This document shows positions 63,672 to 64,000 of a DNA stretch of 64,000 nucleotides, one piece after another. The notes under the pieces were generated by a model. It did not search any database. It worked only from the letters and a program-made list of their open reading frames with translations, and was not told where the DNA came from. Each line of letters starts with the position of its first letter. Within the stretch, counting starts at the first letter, position 1. A program made the position numbers and the translations under genes. Source of the DNA: Syntrophus sp. (in: bacteria). GTDB taxonomy: Bacteria; Desulfobacterota; Syntrophia; Syntrophales; Syntrophaceae. The DNA is taken from contig JAVETB010000002.1 of assembly GCA_034006265.1 (NCBI GenBank), positions 19,919 to 83,918 of the forward strand. The letters run 5' to 3'.

Positions 63672-63998
63672 CTAAGGACTGGTCACAGAATTCAAATAAA
63701 CGGTGGCTCTCAGAATGGTCCCTTCATTGATCTTCGATTCAACGGACAGGTCATCTGAGTTCTTTTTGATATTGGGAAGCCCCATCCCGGCACCGAAACC
63801 CATCTCCCGTATTTCGTCGGAGGCTGTGGAAAATCCCTCCGACATGGCCATCTCAATATCGGGAATTCCGGCCCCTTCATCCGCCGTTTGAACGTGGATG
63901 GCCACCGGGTCAACATGGACTTCAAGCTGCCCATGGCTTCCATGGATCGCAACATTCATGGCCGCCTCGTAGATGATGATGGCTACCCGCCTGATGAT
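63672..63998 (-). CDS. RsbT/RsbW-like anti-sigma Ser/Thr kinase (HATPase), 5' truncated by window edge
   Basis: IIRRVAIIIYEAAMNVAIH, DEGAGIPD..AM.EGFST, GAGMGLPN. Confidence 0.88.
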   Translation of the reverse strand: MIRRVAIIIYEAAMNVAIHGSHGQLEVHVDPVAIHVQTADEGAGIPDIEMAMSEGFSTASDEIREMGFGAGMGLPNIKKNSDDLSVESKINEGTILRATVYLNSVTSP

Positions 63999-64000
63999 AT

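Overview
Bacterial chromosomal window, most consistent with an anaerobic Syntrophus/Syntrophales-like member of Desulfobacterota (inferred from gene content and order). 1-14.4 kb is an accessory-looking block: an AcuC-like deacetylase 3' end, a Pat-type acyl-CoA ligase/GNAT fusion, a broken GH13 gene, a sigma54-driven ABM-SYLF-lmo0937 cluster and a 2904-aa cyclic beta-1,2-glucan synthase. The rest is mostly housekeeping: pcnB, a second Zn deacetylase, lpxC, yqeY-dnaG-rpoD, his genes, an ADP-forming acyl-CoA ligase, trxA-bamD, a sirtuin, a hybrid kinase, mazG, queA-tgt-yajC-secDF-lepB, an NRMT/MgtE-like pair, pyrRBC, recO, glyQS, two usp genes, pdaD, lpxH and a DRTGG/group D-like [FeFe]-hydrogenase/RsbT-like kinase module. 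Strongest observation: the rpoD in the dnaG operon has its -35-reading helix (TRERIRQ, region 4.2) replaced in frame by an acidic, proline-containing segment, although nearby housekeeping promoters keep near-perfect TTGACA boxes. rpsU is also missing from that operon, where a structured leader sits instead. Other notable items: a full enhancer-IHF-sigma54 layout upstream of lpxC and a MamI-like membrane protein. No rRNA, tRNA, CRISPR array or transposase was recognised. All calls were made by eye, without database searches.
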